Part shown: positions 59,063-64,000 of the stretch, piece after piece | Layout: the number at the start of each line of letters is the position of its first letter | How positions within the stretch are numbered: the first letter of the stretch is position 1 | From: Vulcanimicrobiota bacterium | GTDB lineage: Bacteria > Vulcanimicrobiota > Xenobia > Xenobiales > JADMJV01 | Direction of reading: 5' to 3' | DNA: 64,000 nt | Assembly (NCBI GenBank): GCA_050250895.1 | Contig: JBFWNU010000001.1 | Span: forward strand, 3,776,149 to 3,840,148 | The notes under the pieces: generated by a model | Seen by the model: only the letters and a program-made list of their open reading frames with translations | The model's database searches: none | What the model was told of the DNA's origin: nothing | Translations under genes and position numbers: made by a program

Positions 59063-60067
59063 TCAGTTCTGGTGGACCCAGGCTAACAACTGGTCGCAAC
59101 TCATAAAGTTTAGAATCCGCTCGGGGGGGATGCCGGCCTCCAGGGTGGCCGCCAACCCGAAAGTCAGGAACTCCAGTTGGCGGGCGCTATGGGCGTCGCT
59201 ACCCAGCGAGATCATGGTGCCGGCCCGGGCGGCACTGGCCAGCAGGGGAGCGGCCATATCCTGGCGGGTCGGGTAGCAATCGATTTCGAGAGCGACCCCC
59301 AGCTCGGCAGCCCGTTCGCAGACGATATCCCAATCGGCCCGGAGGCCTGATCGGTAGTTGTAGATGCGTCCCTGAGGGTGAGCCAGCACGTGGATGTGGC
59401 CGAACTCGAGAGCGGCCAGGTAGCGCTCGGTCTGGTCCTCCGGGCGACGCAGCGAAGAGTGGAAGGCGCCGATCAGGATATCGGCCTGGGCCAGCACCTC
59501 GTCGGCCAGGTCGGGGCGTCCTTTGGGACTCAAGTTGAGTTCGACCGAGCGCAGCAGTCGAACACGGGCTTCTGGCTGATACTCGTCGATGGCCTGCCAT
59601 TGGGCGTTTAGGCGAGCAGCATCCAGTCCCCGGGCTATCTTGAGCCCGCCGGCGTGGTCGGTGATGGCCAGATACTCATGACCTTGCAAGACCGCCGCCT
59701 CGGCCATCACTTCTAACGGCTGGGTGCCGTCGCTCCAATCGGTGTGACAATGGAGGTCGCCCCGCAGCTGACTGCTCCAATCCGGCCGGCCGCGCAGCCG
59801 GGCGCGGGCCTCATCGAGACTGAGAAAGTGAGCCCGCAGGGCGGGCTCGGTCGGGCGTGAAGCCTGGCCCCACTCCCGTAGGCGGCGGGCCAGCACCGGC
59901 CCGATTCCCTCCAGCTCTGTCAGAGGGCGGCCCTCGGCCAGCATCTGTTCCACCGCCATGGGCCAGCTGAGCGCCTTGCGGGCGGCTCGCCGCAAGGCTC
60001 GGCGGAAATGACCCTCGGCCGTGTCACCGGCCAGGGCTAGAAGTTCGGCGTAGTCGCCGTTGGTCAC
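59063..60067 (-). CDS. PHP-domain protein with N-terminal HhH (PolX-PHP-like)
   Basis: GIGP HhH, GDLHCHTDWSDG, ITDH, AHP.GR, GSDAH. Confidence 0.85.
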   Translation of the reverse strand: MTNGDYAELLALAGDTAEGHFRRALRRAARKALSWPMAVEQMLAEGRPLTELEGIGPVLARRLREWGQASRPTEPALRAHFLSLDEARARLRGRPDWSSQLRGDLHCHTDWSDGTQPLEVMAEAAVLQGHEYLAITDHAGGLKIARGLDAARLNAQWQAIDEYQPEARVRLLRSVELNLSPKGRPDLADEVLAQADILIGAFHSSLRRPEDQTERYLAALEFGHIHVLAHPQGRIYNYRSGLRADWDIVCERAAELGVALEIDCYPTRQDMAAPLLASAARAGTMISLGSDAHSARQLEFLTFGLAATLEAGIPPERILNFMSCDQLLAWVHQN

Positions 60068-61428
60068 AGCCGATGACGACCCTCGAGACGGCCCGCGGGA
60101 GCCTGCCGAGGTTGGTCGCTGGAATTCACCAGGTGCACTTCTCCCTCCAGAACGGTCTGGTCGTGGAGCCGCACTGGACCTTCCACCCGCAACCCCTGGC
60201 AGGCCTTCAGGCTGGGAACCCCGCTCACCAGCGACTCGAAATCGGCCATGAGCTTATAGTGATTACTATCAAGGTCCACCGCCGGCAAAGGCCCCTGGTC
60301 CGTGCGCACCAGACTGAAGTCCTCGCGTAGGTCGAATAGATCAGAGCGCACCACCAACAGATCGCTGGTCGTCTTGACCGGCACGAAGCGGGTCCGGGGC
60401 ACTTCGATCGCGCGGGCTCCCTCGATGGTGCCGATGGCCGCTCCCATGGCGGTTTCGAGCTGGACCACCGGGGGCGAATCGGGTTGATCGGGTCGAAGCG
60501 GCTTGCGGTTGACGATCAGCGGGAGGTCGTCCCACCGCTCATCGAGTGCCTCGAGGTCGAGCCAGAGGTTGTTGGTGTTGAAATAACGATGTCGCTCGAT
60601 GTCGCCGAAGGCTTCAGCGTCTGATTCGGGACATTGGGCCACTTCGCGCAGCAAGAGCTGACCAGTCTGAGCGTGGCGAGCCAGGTGTCCACCTTTGCGG
60701 TCGGACTCGGTGCGCCGCGTTACCTCCATCAAGAACGGGGGCTGCTCCTGGGCCAACCAGCGTAGGATCCGCAGGTCCAGCACCGCCCCCAGGTTATCGA
60801 CGTTGGAGACGAAGGCCCAGCGGATACCCCGCTCGCGCAGGCTTTCTACCAGCCCCGACTCTCTGAGCGACGGATAGAGATCTCCGTGCCCGGGGGGACA
60901 CCACTCGTAGTGGGGCTGCCCGTCATCACGAGCCGGCTCGCCGTCCGGCGTCAGTTTGGGAATGCGCGACTGCAAGAACTCATGCGGATGGTCTTGCTCA
61001 AAGCCCATCTCGGCCAGAGCCTGGTTCGTGCTTTGCTGAGTGTTGAAGCTGTTCATCAGCAGCAGCGGCACTTCCAGACCTTGAGTCTTGCGCAGGTGGC
61101 ACAGCTGGCCTACCACCAGCTCGAGAAAACTATGATTCCCCCGGACCGGCAAGAGGGCTTTGGGACCCTCCAGGCCCATGCTGGTTCCCAACCCTCCATT
61201 GAGCTTGATGACCACTACCTGGCGTAACAGGACCTCGTCGCCCAGGGGCAGCGCCTCGAGCCGGGGGAGGGAATCGACCGGGTCGAGTTCGCTCTCTGGC
61301 AGCTGGCCAGCTCCCTCCTCAAGATAGCGATGGCGGTTTCTTTGAAAGCGACGGATCTGGGCCGGGGTGCAACCGGCCTTTCGCATCTTGGCGGTGACGG
61401 CCTCCTGGGCACTGATCTTCGTGGTCAT
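60064..61428 (-). CDS. UTP--glucose-1-phosphate uridylyltransferase (UDPGP family, eukaryote-like)
   Basis: KLNGGLGTSMG..GPK, MNSF.T, WCPPGHGD, SN.DNLGA, D.KGG, FNTNNLW, QLETAMGAAI, RF.PVKTT.DL. Confidence 0.92.
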   Translation of the reverse strand: MTTKISAQEAVTAKMRKAGCTPAQIRRFQRNRHRYLEEGAGQLPESELDPVDSLPRLEALPLGDEVLLRQVVVIKLNGGLGTSMGLEGPKALLPVRGNHSFLELVVGQLCHLRKTQGLEVPLLLMNSFNTQQSTNQALAEMGFEQDHPHEFLQSRIPKLTPDGEPARDDGQPHYEWCPPGHGDLYPSLRESGLVESLRERGIRWAFVSNVDNLGAVLDLRILRWLAQEQPPFLMEVTRRTESDRKGGHLARHAQTGQLLLREVAQCPESDAEAFGDIERHRYFNTNNLWLDLEALDERWDDLPLIVNRKPLRPDQPDSPPVVQLETAMGAAIGTIEGARAIEVPRTRFVPVKTTSDLLVVRSDLFDLREDFSLVRTDQGPLPAVDLDSNHYKLMADFESLVSGVPSLKACQGLRVEGPVRLHDQTVLEGEVHLVNSSDQPRQAPAGRLEGRHRL

Positions 61429-61509
61429 GCCAGCAGTCTAGCAGGGAAGGACGGGTAGCATGATAGCCATCGAGCTACCGAACCCCCATCTCGGAGGATG
61501 CCCACCCGG

Positions 61510-62304
61510 CTAGCGTTCGGCGACTCCATACTGCTGCTTGAGGCCGCGGCCCAGGCGGTCGAGTCGATCCACCTTCTCCTGGAGCGCCTGGCCCTGTCCC
61601 GACAGGCGGGTCAATTCGTCGACGTTGTGGCTGACGGTGGCATTCTTGACGCCCTCGAGCAGAGCCAGACCCTGGTCCATCATCTCGAGGGTAAGTTGGT
61701 GATGGTCTCGGCACACCTGCGGGGGATGCAGGGCCGCTACCGCTTTGCGAGCGGTTCGCTGTTGTTCGATCAGGTCGTCGAAGCCCCCCGTGTCCCCGGC
61801 CATGCTTCGGTTGAGCACACCGGTGGCAAAGGCCTGAGGGTCGTCGATACTGGGGCTCGAGGCGGTGGCTTTGGAAAGAGCCCGAAAATAGTTGGCAACC
61901 TCGGCCTGTTCGCTCGAATCAACCTGAGGCGCCGGAGGGTCGGTCGGCGGCGGAGCGACGGCGGGGACGGGCTGGGGGTGAGGCGCCGGCGCGGCCGGGG
62001 CCGGCGCCGGTTGGGGGCGTGGGGCCACCGGCCGAACGGCGACGGGCCGGGGCGGTGGTGGCTGGGATACGGCGGGGGCCGGCGGAACCGGTGCCGGAAC
62101 TGCGGGCGGCGGCTCGACTTTAAGGGGTTGCGACGGCGGTTCTTCGCTGGTGGTGGGGCGCTCGACCTGGGCCACCACCGGGGAACGGTTGGATTCGCGT
62201 CCCAGCAGAAAGACGGTGGCCAGCAGGCCGACGGCGGCGAGTGCGCATAATCCCACCAGCAGCCAGCGCGGGATAGTCACGTTGTCGTTTGATGAAGGTT
62301 CCAC
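61510..62304 (-). CDS. Membrane-anchored Pro-rich hypothetical protein
   Basis: Single N-terminal TM helix, Pro/Ala linker, helical C-terminal domain. Confidence 0.7.
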   Translation of the reverse strand: MEPSSNDNVTIPRWLLVGLCALAAVGLLATVFLLGRESNRSPVVAQVERPTTSEEPPSQPLKVEPPPAVPAPVPPAPAVSQPPPPRPVAVRPVAPRPQPAPAPAAPAPHPQPVPAVAPPPTDPPAPQVDSSEQAEVANYFRALSKATASSPSIDDPQAFATGVLNRSMAGDTGGFDDLIEQQRTARKAVAALHPPQVCRDHHQLTLEMMDQGLALLEGVKNATVSHNVDELTRLSGQGQALQEKVDRLDRLGRGLKQQYGVAER

Positions 62305-62441
62305 CTTACGAAGTTCTCGGCTGGGCGGGGACTTCCCGCTCCCGGCGCCCTCGAGAAACTTGAGAAAAACTTAAGCCGGCGCCGGGATGCTCTTAAGGCC
62401 GCCGGCCTACACTTGAACTATCATCAATCTCGGAGGACCCA

Positions 62442-62801
62442 ATGAGAAAACTGACCCTAGCAATCATCGCTACCCTCTTTCTGGCCATCCCGGCGGCCGC
62501 CCAGACCACCATGGTGGCCGGTAATGTCTGGCAGGTCAACGGCCAGGGAGTCTATATCCAGAACAGCAACGGCATCACTTTCGTGGCCGCCAACCAGGCC
62601 CAGTTTTACACCAACGGGGTGCCCGTGGACTATCGCTACGTGGCCGTGGGCCAACCCGTCAACGCCTATGCCAACTCCATCATCCGCCAGGGCAACGCCG
62701 GCTACGCCAACGGTCCCAACGATCACCAGCGCAACAACTGGTCCCGCCGCCCTCATGCTAAGCGCCACGACCGCGACCGCGACCGGCGCTGGGGGCGATA
62801 A
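62442..62801 (+). CDS. Secreted hypothetical protein
   Basis: GGAGG ribosome-binding site, signal peptide ending AAA-Q, R/D-rich tail. Confidence 0.75.
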   Translation: MRKLTLAIIATLFLAIPAAAQTTMVAGNVWQVNGQGVYIQNSNGITFVAANQAQFYTNGVPVDYRYVAVGQPVNAYANSIIRQGNAGYANGPNDHQRNNWSRRPHAKRHDRDRDRRWGR

Positions 62802-62922
62802 GGCTTTCCGAAGCTCTGCTGCGATTGGCCGCTTATAGCCGACAGAGCCGGGTCTCGAGCAACTAGGTTCTCACTTTTGCCCGGGTGGGGGACGAAACTG
62901 CCCTCTCGCGGAATCTGTCTCG

Positions 62923-63975
62923 ATGCGTAGGCTCTTGTTGTTGCTGCTCGTTCTCTCGTCACTGGCCCGGGCTGAGGACCCGGGCCAGTCCTACCTGGCC
63001 GTGCTCGACGCCCGGACCGGTAAGCTCCTGGGTCACTACCTGATGGACACGGTGGTGCAAGAGCAGGTGATGGCCGGTAACGAGGTGCCGCACTTTCCCT
63101 ATACCCGACGCTTCATCGGCAAACTCGAACAGGTCACCTACATCGTCAGCTATCGCGACCACGATCGGCACGACAAACCGAGCGGCGGCTCCAAGGCTAT
63201 GGGCGACGTGCGCGTGTTGAGAAAGACTCCCAACGGCACGCCGGTGGCCGTGCGCCGGGCTTTTGACTCACCAGAGGCTGCCTTTGGGATCGTGAGCGAC
63301 GGCAGATTTCGGGCCCTGGTGCCGCGCACGACCTATCAGTCTGGGGGGCGCTCCATCGGGTTCGCCGATCCGGGTCTGGCGGTGGCCGGCAACTTTTTGC
63401 TCGTGGATAGCGAGCAGGGGATCAAAGCCTTGAGTCTTCCCAGCGGCCGTCAGGTGTGGCAGTCGAAGCTACACTTCCAGCACAGTCGTTGGGACTGGGG
63501 AGCCTGGTATCAGGGTGGCGCGCTCTATATCGAGGCACGGCAGGGCCTGGTGAAGGTCGACCCCGCCAACGGCGAGGTGTCGTGGGTTTGCCCGGTGGTG
63601 GGCGAGGCCAGCCTGGTCAGGCAATACGACGATGGTCGTGTCTATGTAGGCTATATCTGGCCACGCTTGGAGGTGAACCGGGCGCTAGAACAGGCTGCCC
63701 GTGAGCGGTTTAAGGTCGAGCAGCTCGGCGTTCACGTAGTCCCCTACAAAGATGGCTATTTCGGCCACACCGGGCCGATTCAGGGTCAGAGCAGCCCCGA
63801 CCACGCCGTCTGGGAGACGGTCCGGGACCAATGGAAGTTGATCTTCGAATATCCCGCCAGCCTCACCGACATCGAGCAGCTCGATGCCCTCTACGCCAGG
63901 CATCAATTCTCGCCCAGCATGCGCCGGCGGCTCACCACCCGCCACTACGACGGACCGCACCCCGACGAGCCTTAG
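62923..63975 (+). CDS. Secreted protein with PQQ-like beta-propeller repeats
   Basis: Signal peptide (ARA-E); LDARTGK, AL....G..VW, VD..NG.V.W motifs. Confidence 0.65.
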   Translation: MRRLLLLLLVLSSLARAEDPGQSYLAVLDARTGKLLGHYLMDTVVQEQVMAGNEVPHFPYTRRFIGKLEQVTYIVSYRDHDRHDKPSGGSKAMGDVRVLRKTPNGTPVAVRRAFDSPEAAFGIVSDGRFRALVPRTTYQSGGRSIGFADPGLAVAGNFLLVDSEQGIKALSLPSGRQVWQSKLHFQHSRWDWGAWYQGGALYIEARQGLVKVDPANGEVSWVCPVVGEASLVRQYDDGRVYVGYIWPRLEVNRALEQAARERFKVEQLGVHVVPYKDGYFGHTGPIQGQSSPDHAVWETVRDQWKLIFEYPASLTDIEQLDALYARHQFSPSMRRRLTTRHYDGPHPDEP

Positions 63976-64000
63976 CCACCGCCGCTAGTAGATTCGAACT

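Overview
GC-rich bacterial window with lineage-specific accessory genes on both sides of a ~33 kb defence island (~11.9-45.6 kb). The island holds an Rpn-like PD-(D/E)XK nuclease; a broken DISARM-like (SNF2 / adenine MTase / YprA-DUF1998 helicase) system; an AT-richer operon encoding Ubl, E2, E1, DUF6527, an anti-phage dCTP deaminase and a CapH/CapP-like regulator pair; nested IS66/IS21 remnants; Gabija; and an intact Wadjet (jetABCD). Three signals stand out. (1) An unannotated ~133 bp hairpin-forming element is inserted twice, antisense, inside defence genes; the copies show compensatory base changes and outer stems that differ in sequence but still pair. (2) The ubiquitin-like conjugation genes appear co-transcribed with a dCTP deaminase under a promoter with repeated operator palindromes. 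(3) A family of ~20-Cys proteins is present, whose full-length member has two RRE/PqqD-like domains before an internal twin-arginine leader, plus three truncated relatives. The flanks also carry an hflX/ABC-F pair with a candidate attenuator uORF and a catalytically degenerate Lon. No rRNA, tRNA or CRISPR array was seen. All family calls come from motif recognition by eye; no searches were run.
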